Origin: the human T2T-CHM13v2.0 reference genome, Homo sapiens
NCBI RefSeq assembly: GCF_009914755.1
Contig: NC_060928.1
Length of the DNA: 64,000 bases
Reading direction: 5' to 3' (one strand)
The notes under the pieces are model-generated. The model saw only the letters and a list, made by a program, of their open reading frames with translations. It had not been told where the DNA came from and ran no database searches. Numbering within the stretch: the first letter of the stretch is position 1; each line of letters begins with the position of its first letter. Positions 1 to 19,100 of this stretch are shown here, one piece after another. The translations under genes were made by a program, and so were the position numbers.

Positions 1-2517
<2,517 letters not shown>

Positions 2518-3587
2518 TTTAAATCTATTCTAAACAAGAAAGAAAATGCATCACCTATGCTTGCATAAGATTTGTTGTTATTGTCGTTTTTATTCAATTG
2601 TTCTATCGAAAAGACAATACAAGGGAAAGTATTTTATATAGGTATAAAGTGACTAAGGAGATTTTGCTGGTAACAAATTTTCCTTCAAAAAGTCTGTTTA
2701 TTTATTTAGAGAATCAGAATTCATTATCTAAGACTGCACCTTTTTATGATGAACACTTACATACATAGAAAATAGGACAACCTCTTCTAGCTCATGACTT
2801 ACTGGAGGGAGGAAATACAGTATCACAATTGAGATGAAGTGCTAGAATAGAATGTCTTTTATATATGTGTTGGTAGTTTGGGCTAAAAATGACACAGTCT
2901 ATCATAAATAAGACAGTACAATTCATTGAGAAATAGCCAATAAAAGTTGCATATCACTTCATGGAAGGCTAGAATGAAATCTTGGGTGATTCCATAACAG
3001 AGAACACAGTGCAAAACATGGTTTGAATATTGGGAAAGCTTCTTAAAAACCCGGCTTTCCTACAGTAGATTGTCTCATAGAAATAAAAAGACATCAACCT
3101 CTCCATAATCCTGAACATGAAATGAGAAATCTTACTAAGAACAGCTGCAGCTGCTTTTTCAAGAGAAGAAGATGTGATGATGTGGTAACAGATGCTCTGC
3201 TTCTCCCTCAGTGACAAACCATATTGGTGATTTCAAGTAGGGCTGGCATCTCAAAGAAAGCAATTAAGTTCTTTCTGAGTGATGGTGGTAAACCAAAGTG
3301 ATTAGGACAGATTAAAGCACAGAAAGATAAACATCTTCCCCAAACAGAGGCTGAAGTTACATGACCACAATTAGTTTGGCAGGAAAAAAAAAAAGTCATG
3401 CATATGGTCATGGGCAGCAAATATATGTTTATTTCATATAAAATGGTTATTAAAATTATTTAATTTAAGATGACATATGCAGTCACATCAAGAAAATATT
3501 TTTGGTTAAAGTATTTGCTAATATTCTTTTATAATAGTTAAACAGTATATGGCCATGTTTTAAAGCTACTGTTTTAGAGAGAATTTT

Positions 3588-3820
3588 ATTTTATTTTATT
3601 TGTTTATTTATTTATTTTTTGGCTTCAACGACAAACATTTATTTCTCGCAGTTCTGGAGGCTAAGAAGTTCAAGGGCAAGGTGCAGGAAGATCCAGTATC
3701 TTGTTAACCGGGGCGCACTTCCTGGTTTACAGATGGCCATCTTCTGGTTGCATGCTCCCATGGCAAAGCAGAGAGATAAAGCAAGCTCTCATGTGTCTCA
3801 TTATAAGGGCACTGATGCCA
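3588..3820 (-). mobile_element. L1 3' transduction: ~200 bp MLT1A-like LTR fragment plus a second poly(A) tail
   Basis: T-rich tail 3588-3620; MaLR-type sequence 3621-3820 ('atttatttctcgcagttctggaggctaagaagttcaagggcaaggtg...ttataagggcact'); minus-strand AATAAA at 3638-3643; lies inside the TSD pair 3575-3588 / 7569-7582. Confidence 0.88.
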
Positions 3821-7651
<3,831 letters not shown>

Positions 7652-8677
7652 TGATATTGCAGACATATTATCTAGTTGAACTGTAGAAAGCCACTTTTTT
7701 CAGACACATTTGCCTGTTTCTGCATTCCTGCTGGTCTGCTATTGTGACTTGGACAAACAACATCCAGGATGTTATTTGCTGGTGACATCTGCATCCAGAG
7801 ACAATAATGCGTGTGTGCACATATTAAATGTCTTAAAATCATTAAAATTACTTAGTTCAGGCAGTACAACCAATTATTACACCTAAAAAAGTGACTCAGT
7901 CATAGAATTTTTTTATTCTTTTTAAAAACGAAAATTAAAGTTGCAAATGATTCTATGGGTCTTAAACTAGAATATTGAGGAGTTAAATAAAAAAATATAT
8001 GAGCTACTGTCAAATGTGCAGATTAAGAGACTGGCCTTCTTACTTCAACAGAGACAAAATTGTCAGTTACACTTTATCATGGCCAGCTTCAGATTGATAT
8101 GAATAATTTGTACCTGTCAGAGAAGAGCAGACCCTTCGCTGACAGATTGCTCCTCCTCCACTACCACTTACATGGGCCATTTTTTCCTGATGGGACTGAA
8201 GATGCTAGACAATACTGATGTAATCCAAAAATGTAAGAGTTAATCTTGAAACAATTTAGAAAAACTAAACTAATAATCAAGTGACATAAACAATTATCAC
8301 TGCTACTATCTCTTCCCACTCCCCTCTGTCACACATATTGTAGATGCTTGGGCCCTTTGAATCCTAATGAAATAGAACAAGATTGAGACACATCCACCTT
8401 ACTGTGCGATACAGATAATGCCCATATCCAACGCTGATTCTCTGAAACTGCATTTGAATTCATATACATTCTAATGCTTCACTATGTCCTCCAGTTCTGT
8501 CCTGTTCCATCTCATGCCAACATCATTGCAACCCACAAAACTGTAGATGCTAAAGATTTCAAATGCTATCTTTTAGAGACCACTTAATCTTTCTTTTCAT
8601 GACTCACTATTTATAGCACATAACAATATTGACATTAAATATTCCAAATGCATCTTTCTTTCTTTTTTCTCTTTCAG

Positions 8678-8834
8678 AGCATTAAATTGAAGCCAAGGGA
8701 CTGAAATAAGAAACTCCAGAGAACAACAAGAGGAACTGAAATTGCATGGTCATTAGAAGGCATCTTAAGAATAACTGTGTAGCAGAGAATGAGGACTCAT
8801 ATCAAAGTGTGATTCTTTTAGTATTGGATTTTAT
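8678..8834 (+). other. Candidate non-coding exon (157 nt)
   Basis: Long polypyrimidine tract + cag ending at 8677 ('tctttctttcttttttctctttcag'); donor gtaagt at 8835-8840; stops in all three frames; no transcript evidence available. Confidence 0.35.
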
Positions 8835-9309
8835 GTAAGTAAAATTTTTAGTATACTCAAACAAATATTATCGTCAATATATTAATGTTCATATTTACAT
8901 TTTCATCATGATGCAGAAGATGAAAACACTAAACAGACTATTTGCTAATGCTGAAAATCTTTAGTATTTAGGTAAGAGTTATATTATACATAAAATAAAA
9001 ATAATATAAACTAAGCATAACTGAAACGTGCTTTTTAAGACCTTGGTTTTGTTTAAATCTAAAAATCAAATACAAATGTAATATAAAGTTCAGTGTGTAA
9101 CTATGACAAAAAATATTTTGAGTTTAGGAAATAAGCTGTAGTATCTGGAATTTCAAGAGGTATATATAATACATTATGAGAAGGAGTACTTTAAAGGTCA
9201 AGAGAAGGGAAAATAATAATTTAAAGCTCAATAAATGAATTCAAATCCATCTGACACCTTCAAGGTTTTTAACATCAGCAATTTCACTGATAATTTTTTA
9301 CTATGACTA

Positions 9310-9490
9310 ATATATACATATATGTATAAATATATACATATATGTATATATACATATATGTATATATACATATATATGTATATATACATATATGTAAATA
9401 TATACACATATATGTAAATATATACATATATATGCAAATATATACATATATATGTAAATATATACATATATATGTAAATATATACATATA
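9310..9490. repeat. AT-rich ~20-22 bp minisatellite (TATATACATATATGTAAA-like), replacing the tail of the adjacent Alu
   Basis: Repeated tatacatata/tatgtaaata units abutting the Alu poly(T) remnant. Confidence 0.9.
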
Positions 9491-9780
9491 TTTTTTGGGG
9501 GACAGAGTCTTGCTTTGTCACCCAGGCTAGGGTGCAGTGGCACTATCTGGGGTCACCACAACCTCCACATCCTGGGTTCAAGTGATTCTTGTGCCTCAGC
9601 CTACCGAAAGGCTGGGACTACATGCGCACACCACTACAGCTGGCTAATTTTTGTATTTTTAGTAGCTATGGGGTTTCACCATGTTGCTCAGGCTGGTCTC
9701 GAACTCCGGTCCTCAAGTGATCCAGCCGCCCTGGCCTCTCAAAGTGCTGGGATTACAGGTGTGAGCTACTGTGCCCAGCC
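9491..9780 (-). mobile_element. Alu, full-length dimer (old AluS/AluJb-like)
   Basis: Antisense Alu arms, central 'taatttttgtatttttagtag', ends cccagcc. Confidence 0.95.
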
Positions 9781-12251
9781 CATAAAATGTCTTCTATCCT
9801 TATAACTTTGGATTCCAGATGTGATGGCATAAGAATATGGCAGCAGTTCCATGTGAGACTGATGAAGTAACATATTATGAAAATACACTGAGAAATATCA
9901 AATGCTGATTTTAACATAAAGACATGATTATTTTATAACTTAACTGACACCAAATATAGCTAAGTAAAATGATATTAAATTTACATGCTAAGCAAGGGTA
10001 TAGGCAGAATTTACTGCATCAAGGTTTGCATCAGCTATTTTAAGATATTTGAACATTGATTAAAAATGTAAAACACAAAAATCCAAATGAGCACTTGGTA
10101 TTCAATGTAGACATGAAGAAAATCAAGCTGGTTTATTTTTTCAACATTTGGAATGATTGGAAGACACGTGATGTGGGTAGTGGATAATTTGGAAGCTATT
10201 AAGAGGATGAAAGTATTAGTTTTGATACACAGCTTACTTCATATTTATTAGAATAGAGTGGTGTGAAAAGAAATTAGTATATAGAAATATGTTTCTGCCC
10301 CTTTATAAATCTGTCCTCAGCATATTAAAGCTGGACGACAGTGGGTTGAAGTTACAATGAAGATAATTTTAAAAAAATGAAAGCTTCACTAAAAGAGGAA
10401 AATGTATAAATGATCAAGCACATTCACAAATTTACGGAGTTTGGAAAACAAAAATGATTTTGGTCCTCTTAATAGCAGAAGTGGTTTTTAATTCACATCA
10501 AGTACCAACACATAATATCTCATATGGTTTATCACAACCCTGTATAAAAATGCTTCTGTAGATAAACACAGATACATCAAATTTGACATCAGCCCTCTAA
10601 AATTAATTAATAGAACACCATGAACCAAATTCTAGAGGGATTTTCCACTAATTGTCCATCCATGTAAGTGGATTGCAAACCATAATTTTGACTAACCATA
10701 TTCTTTTTCCTGAATTTGAAGTGAATTGATATCCCTGAAAAGGTAGGAACTTTGTCAGACTAACCTCATCATATTCCTTTCACTCGAGGACACAGTGACT
10801 GCAATGAGCAGAAAATAATTTAAACAAACTGGACACCGCTGCCCAGTTCTAATTTTCTGAGCTTGCCTGACACAAAATTATACTTTATCCTCCTTTCACT
10901 GCCATCATTTTCCTTATTTTTTAATGTATGAGGGTACCATAACAAACAATGCATACAATTCAGTAGGAAGTAGAAGAACAAGAGGAAATGTGAAAAACAT
11001 CCTAAGTTGATTTGCCACCAAGAGGAAAATATTAACACCCTGGGCAAAGTCAGGAATAACAATAGCAATACATGATAAGGGATGTAACCTTTCACACAAT
11101 ACAGATTCCAAAGCACTGTAGCTGCATTTAAAACATATCTGATGATCAGAAGAATGAGAACTCTGATTTCAGTTCCTAAGGTCAGGTGAGAAATCAGTAC
11201 ATGCTAAGCATTACAAATTAAGCCAGGTTGGTCCACATCAGTTTAAGCTAGAGGTTTTCAACCCTACCAGACATAAAGCAAATATATTATTATCCTGAAA
11301 TAGTTTCCATAGAAAATATAACCTAACTATGCACATTAAAAAAAATCCTAACTACAGTGTAGACAATGAATAAATGTGATCATGAAAAATAAAACGTACT
11401 TAATATGCAATCTTTGACAAATTTTACCAGAGCAGTAATCTCTAAACTGGGGTAGAAATACACCTGAAAATCAACAAAGACTTTCTATATATTGTAATGT
11501 TTATTGTAGAAAAAGTTAATCTTGGCATCAAATAAAATTAATAAAATGACATCAAAGTGTTTAATAATGATCTATAAAAGATGGTCTCAAAAGCTAGGTA
11601 CCTGGACAATGAGTGCACTCACAATTATTAAACAATAATATGTATTTGATCATAATTCTTATAAAAATCTATTATTTTAACTATGCTTCATTATAAATTA
11701 ATTATTTAAAAAGAATATGGTAATTTAATTGTTTTTATAACATGATAAAAAAACATGCTGTATCTGTATCATTTTAGTCTGAATTTAAATGTCTTTGTTA
11801 ATCCATTTCACATAACGCATTCAATAAAGATTTTTTCCCATTTTTCTTAGTAATTTTCATTATATGTTTAAACATACATCAGTATGTTCATTTCTGCAGA
11901 CTGAAATATGGGGATTTGACCTGGTTTAGTGAAGGTTTCTCTGGAGTGATGATGGAGCTGAGAGGTGAAAGCTTAATGAAGCAAAGAGGGAAAGGAAAAG
12001 GGCACAGTTAGCAGTGATAACATTTGCAAAAGCCTTGTGGTGGTACCTAAATGGGATGTACACAGGAATAGAATGCAAAAGCAAAAGCATGATACAAATT
12101 TATTAAAAAGAAAATAATTGAAAAACAGAATTTTTAAATGCATACACACACAGACACACAAACACATTATTTTTTTTCCTGGATACTATATGTCAAGAGA
12201 CCTAGCCTAAATTTGAATCTTTGAATCTTTGTATTTTATGGCCATGCCACG

Positions 12252-12679
12252 TGTCTGTTTGTGTTGCTGTAAAGGAATTCCCGAGGCTGGTAATTATAAA
12301 GAAAAGGGGTTAATTTGGTTCATGGTTCTGCAGGCTGTACAAGAAGCATGACACTGGCATCTGCTTCTGGTGAGGAGCTCTGGCTGCTTCCACTCACAGT
12401 GGAAGGTGAAGGGGAGCCATCACGTGAAGATCACAAGGCAAGAGCGAGAAAGAGAGGAGGAGGTGCCAGGTTCCCTTCAACAATCTGTTCTTGTTGAAAC
12501 TAAGAGTAATTACTAAGAGTGAGAATTCACTTAATCCCAGGAGAATGGCACCAAGCTATTCATGAGGAATCCACCCCCATGATTCAAATACCTTCCACCA
12601 TGTCCTACCTCCAAGAGTGGAGATCGAATTTTAACATGTGACTTGGCAGGACCTAACAAACAATATCTAATCCATAGCA
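12252..12679 (-). mobile_element. MaLR solo LTR (MSTB-like)
   Basis: TG...CA termini, MST-type motifs ('catggttctgcaggctgtacaagaagcatg'), 5-bp TSD ccacg (12247-12251) / ccaca (12680-12684). Confidence 0.85.
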
Positions 12680-15329
12680 CCACATATTACATTGTCAATT
12701 CACATTTAGTCTGGAGCATATAATTGCTTCCTTTTATTCAAGGCAAACTGTAGTGATCGTAATCTTTGAAACATTCAGTTCTGGCTATATCTCCTGGTCC
12801 TGAAATTTGCAATTATTTTAACTTATTTTCAGAATTTTACTTTTCTTCTTATTGCATTTATTTGTGTTGTTTTTGTAGGCAATCTTTTTGCCTATTCACA
12901 GTTTGATAATCTCAAGGCTGTATTATTCACAAATGCAATTACTGTTTTTTATGTGTTTTGCCATTTTAATTTTTGCGATTAAAAATATTGACTAGCATAC
13001 TAATAGATCTGACAGTTTTCAAATGTATTGGTAGAGTTCAATTTATATGACCCAAACGTCAGTGCTATACAATATGTATTTTAAAAGGTAGTACTAAATA
13101 CTAAGTAGTAATAAAAGATGGGATAATCAAATAAATTTTATAAAGAAAGTGAAATTTGCATTGTGTTTCCCCATCTTGCAAAAAAGGAAATAAATTTTTA
13201 TATTTTTGCAAGTTATATTTAACACTATGCTGTTAACAAAAATTATCTTCAAAATATTTAGCAAATGGTGCTGAAGACTGCCATTCTCTTAAAGTATTTT
13301 TTCTCAGTCACAGAAAATCAAACTTGAAAACAAATATTGCAACTGAGAACAACTAAATTGAAAAATAGACGTGGTTTCTCTGTACATCTGATATTAGAGA
13401 AGAAATTTAAATTACTTATTAAATGAAAGTCTAATACAGAAAGATATACTATAACTTGGTTAAATTACATTTACTTTATTTTTTTCCTCATGTAGGATGC
13501 AATGGAAAAGATACATAGGGGATCAAATACATATGATGGTGGAAGTGAAAACCATTCCTTTGTGCTTCCTTGTTTCCTGAAGGGGTGCCTCTGAAATTCA
13601 GTGATCTCAACAGGCCACGTGGAGAGAGAGGTCTGCTTGGACACATAAGCCCAGACATGCATGCCACTTGCTCTCTTTTTTCCCATTTATTTCCAGCTTG
13701 GGGTGGCAGATATGTCCTCCCCATAACTCAGGCTTACCATCGAGGCTTATAACTTCTTGCCATTCCAGTCCCATAAGCCAGTTTGATAACGCTTACAGGG
13801 TATCATATGTAGCCCAGCCATTTCTGGATATATATTTTTTATTTCTTGCTGCATCACACACCTATTTTCTGATTCAGTGTAGCAGGACTTGCTACCATTT
13901 ATCACAACGAGCACTGGAATCTCTCTTCTGGAAGTGAGAAAACTGAAGTGAAGAGAGGCTGCAGAATTGATCTAAGGCTAGCAGGACTTACTGTTGAAGT
14001 CTATCATGGACCAAAGGTCTCAAACCAGTAATCTTTTTTATAATTCCTGCTGTAGCTCATGCAATGCTAATACTTTCTGTAAAGCTAATTATGTCATTTG
14101 AATTAAATTTAAAGGTTCTTTAGAAACCTTTTTAAGACAGGTGAATCCTGTTTTAATAGGGTAATGATTACTTTGTAACCTTATAGCTACTATGGGATGT
14201 TTCCAATGCTTGTGTCTGATAAAACAAGAATCAAGAACTACTTATAAAATCTCAAAAAAAATTTCACAATTTAAAAAATGTAGGCTATTATTATTATTAA
14301 CTAATTAAGTTCAAGTATAAAAGCCTTTACTAACATAAAAGGGAAAAAGTTCAGCTAAAACACTTTGATTTTATTTGAAACAATCTAGTTTTACACTGCT
14401 TATTGATATGATTTGGACTTAGTGAGTCTGTCATGTCTTATAAAACATAGAAAATGAGAGAAGAAATTAATATTTTTTATTTCAAATCAGTTATTAAATT
14501 ATTCCATAAAAAAGTCACATCTAGGTTTATATTAAGAAAATGATCTTTCTCTGTCCTTTTTAGTCTAGATCTTCAGGTGGTATACTGACAATTTTTGTGA
14601 TAGTATTGGTTTACAGAACTGCTTTACCAATTTCCAAAGATCTCTATTGCTGGAATCAGCATGCAGAAAATGAAACATATTTGACAAAAAGAACAGCAAA
14701 TCCAAAGCATACATTACATACTCTGAAAAAAACAGTATGTGGAAGAGGGATGGCAAGAGATAGAAATGAATATTTGTGTGGAGTGCCCCGTGCTCCGTAA
14801 TGGATTCTTACAAGCTGTTGCTGAGTGTGTTAAAGGTATCACACATTTGAAATTTGCATAAGAAAGAAAATTACAGCACAGTCTTCCAGGAAGGAGAAGA
14901 ATAGGCTTAACCTCCCACGGTTTTCTTTAGACCCTGTTGAAGAGAATTTTTCATCACTTCCATCCTCTAATATTTTTTCAGTGATACTTTTTTTTTAAAA
15001 GATGTTGAAACACTTCCAACAAAAGGATGCCACAGAGCCGATACTGATAGACTAGTTGAAAAGTCCTGCCTTTTCTTAGTCATTAACTGCAAAGTCAATT
15101 TAAATAATTTAAATAGTTCCTGCTTCCTGCCACCTCCAGACTCGTGGCATAGACCTTCAACATTATGTATGCCTCAATACACGAAGAGAAAACTTATAGA
15201 AAATCTGATTATTTTAGCTATAAGTCTTTTATCTCTTTAAATTATGTGACTTTAAGATAATAATTTTGTGTTAATCCATACAGAGAGAGTCTTTTAGAAA
15301 CCAAAATGAAGTATGACTGGACAATAGCA

Positions 15330-16180
15330 TCAAGGGAAAGAAAGGTGAGGGTAAGGTCATCCTACAGGCCTGTGAACAAGGCAGACGATGCAGAGCTATT
15401 TTAGCGTGAAGAGAGTTAAGCATTTATGTCAAGTGCAAAGGGAATTCATTTTGAAGAGTTTTATGCAACTGTGTGGAATGTAGGGGTAAAATGTGGGAGA
15501 AAAGAGAACACATAGAGGATATTTAAATAATCTTAGAAGAAATGGTGTTTATCATGGTGATAGTAGAGCTAGTAAAAATGGAAAACATTAGATGTTAGAA
15601 TGTATTTTTAAGAAAGAAACAACCAAGAGTTACTGATCTGTTGAATATGGGGAGTTTAAGGGAAAGTAAGACTCAAAGTTAACTCCTCAATTTGACAAAC
15701 AACCGATTGAACGTGGCGCTTTTTACTTAGCTGGAAGAGATTAAAGGGGAACGACATGGGAGTGTCAGGAATGGGAATTGATTTTTTGAACATGTTAAAT
15801 TTGAGATCACTATAAGAAATCTGCATGAGCATGCTGAGTAAGAAGTCTGAGGTTTGAGAAGTCAGATATAAACTTAGGGGTCACCAACCTATAGCATTTA
15901 GTGTGGTCTATATTCATGAGTCAGTTGAAATGAAGAAACATACTGTAGAAGAAAGCAGAAATAGCTTTTTGAGAGAAGGAGAGGGGAGAGAGTCCAGGGC
16001 GCAAGCAGAAGGGCTGCCTCTCCGTTGGTAAATGCAGGATCTTTCATCCATAGTAGTAAGATGATGGAAGGCATACAAGACAGGTGCATATGCAGGTGTA
16101 TTTAATCCAAAAATGAAATTACTACTCCCAGATTACTTCTATTTTCTCAGGAAAACATGAGCCAAAGCCATTAGCTGAAA
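15330..16180 (-). mobile_element. Degraded LINE-2 fragments
   Basis: Purine-rich L2-like motifs such as 'catgttaaatttgagat...catgctgagtaagaag'; boundaries approximate. Confidence 0.5.
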
Positions 16181-19100
16181 CAGAAAGAAGACGGAAAAAG
16201 AAAATTGAGAGGAATAGAGAAAATGAATATTAGAGGTTTTGGGTCGTAGGAAGTTAAAGAATACGTAAATCAGATTTCTACAATCAGATTTCTGGGTAGA
16301 ATAATTGACCATTTGAAACTTTCTTAAATGTAGGGTGTGCCAAGTCAGTTCTGATGGGTGCAGTCATGAAGAAGGCAGAAATTTGAGTTTAATTAGGCAT
16401 CACACTTTGTGAGTTAAGTAAAACAGATGGAGAAGGAGAGAGTTAATAGTACTTGCAAGGGTGCTGGTATAATTACTGAACAGTAAATCAAAGTTGAATA
16501 AGAAGTAAAGTGAATACAGGTTTTGGAAAAATAGTAACTCATAGAGAAAATAAATTGTAGTCATCAATAAAGTTAAATATTGCTGGGAAAAATAGCTGAA
16601 GTGAAGAAAAATCATATGCAGAGTAGAGTGAAGAAAAACCATATGCAGAGAGAAGCATTTTTTTCATCTGTCTGAATACCAATAATTGGTGATTAAATGA
16701 AAACAAGACATCTTCCTTTAAGAGAGCTGCAGAGGCAGTAGTGTGGTAGTGTGGTCAGCATACTACCAAGTTGCTGTTATAAAGAGGTGGAGTGGACATG
16801 CAGAAATAGTTTTAAAATTAAGGGGAAATTTGTCAATTAGCAATCTTGTCAGTCAAAATACATTGTAGGATATTTTTGAAGGTTGTGTAAGTTTAATTAT
16901 ATCAGACTAATAGATATGTAGAATAATAAGTGGACTTGGAAGCTTGGATTTCTATTGGTGTAGGAAGTATATGGGTTTCTATAGTGTATGGGTTTCTAAG
17001 GGTGGGAAGAACTGTATGAAGCTTACAAATTTCATCATAGTAAGCATCTTGAAGGAAGACAGAAAACCACCTCAACTTGGACGGAGTGGGGCCTCTGAGC
17101 AACTTTCATTTTAGTGCTGGGTAGGCAGTAGCCAAGATAGTGACTGTAACTGATGGCTTACTTAAGAAATGGCTTCTTTAGACACTGGGTCATCTGAGGG
17201 CCTTTTTATCCAGTGGCATTGTTCTGTCACACAAAGCTGCTGCTTCATGAGGAGGTAGAGAACCTTCTTTTTTCTAAAGTAGCAGGTTATTGTTGCAATT
17301 GGATTGTAACGGGCTTGAATGCTGTTTCTCCTCTGTATCAACAATATTGTGAATAGAAATGCGTGTGTCTGTGTGTGTGTGTGTGTATATATGATTTAAC
17401 ATAGTTTAATATATTTCTACAAGTATCTTAAGGCATGGTTAGTTCATCACTTATTAAAAGTGAATTCCAAATCTTTTTGATTCTGTCAAAGAATTAAGAC
17501 GTAATATGCATATGTAATCATGCATACCTGCATATAAATAAATATATAAATTATACATATACAAATACAAATATATGCATTATTAAATACATGTATCCTA
17601 CATTGATATATTTATAAATCATACATATGCACATAAGCCCTTGTATATGTATTTTACACATATATAAAAATAGAAGTTAAAAATAAAAATTTAATACATA
17701 CAAGTAGAATTTTTAAGTTTCCTTTTCATAAAGGCAATGCTTGTGTGAGAGAAAAAACATGTAAGCTTTGTGGAACATCACCATCCAGTTTTGGAGACCA
17801 TTCAGAATAGTTTATGAAACTCACTATCAAAACTATGCTAAATTAATGCAGAATTACAGTTTGATGTTCTAGTATGCACAAAATATATAAACTAAACATA
17901 TATATAATTTTGGTGAAAAATCATAGGAAAATTACCTAATTCACAAAATGAGCAAGTAACAGCCTATACAATAAAATATGTAGTTTTTCAAGAGGTGAAG
18001 CTTATTTTCAGCCTCGTAAAACCTAATTTCTGGACTTACTGTTTAGTATAAGATGTTTTTGTTTGTTTGTACCTGTTTTTAGAGTTAACATGCATGCAAT
18101 TAAAATATATGACCTCATGCTCTAAATTTTATATATAAACATAAATTAAATATGTGTCTTAGTATGGCATGCAATTTGATTTATCTAGGTCCTTCAGACT
18201 CAGTCTTTCTCTTTATTTTTATTGCCTTTAATTGATTCGAAACCCAATTATTCCACATTTGGTTTGTTTCAGTAATCTGCCGTTCTCTCTACCTACTCAC
18301 ATTCTTTTTCACCCCAGACTCAATCTATCATCAATCACCACATTATTACTCTAAATATAGAACGTTGCCGATGCGGGATTAGATTCCCTTGGCAAAACAT
18401 TTATGGTATGCAACAATTTTTAAAAATCACCCTGTTTTCTATTATCAACTTAAATTTATCTGCCTGTATATACAGACTTAATACCTTTATTTTGAAACTT
18501 TTATCTTCCTATTTTGCCCCACAAACTCATTTTTTTTTGTTTCTTATCCTGTTTTCTTTGATTTTGTTCATTTAGACATCCATTTTATGATTCCTTCAGC
18601 ATATTATGGTAAAATATATCTCCGCCCAAATTCCTCTTTAAGAGAGCCATATAATTGTTTATAAGAAATTAGCGTGAGTGAGAGTAGAACTATGAATGTG
18701 TTAAAAAACACACAGATGGACTCTAAAACTTCAGTGAGTGGAGGATGGATCTTATAAAATGGAAGCACTTTTATTTGAATTGGGATTTGCAAACTTAAAA
18801 ATACAATACATGCTCAGACTGAGATGTTCTGCACAGAAGGATCTGAATGTCTCCAGCAAGTCCTGGAGGGGGAAAAATAAGTTGCTAGTAAGGTTGCCAC
18901 TATACAGGGAATACATGAGAAGAAATCTGAGTAGGCACATTGGGTATCAGAAAATAGATATGTCCAAAGAAATTTTGTATAAATTTATTTCTTAGAAAAG
19001 TGTGATGTAAAAATCTCTCCTCTCTACACACACTGTTGTAAAATCTACATTATCAAACTAATTTTTATTTATTCTTTTGAGGAGAATCAAATAAATATTT

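Noticed and set aside
9228-9543. Tyr/Ile-rich ORFs on both strands
   Set aside because: Translation of the AT minisatellite.
17162-17332. Possible minus-strand exon (tgatacag acceptor, gtaagc donor)
   Set aside because: Weak pyrimidine tract, no recognisable peptide; such pairs are common by chance.
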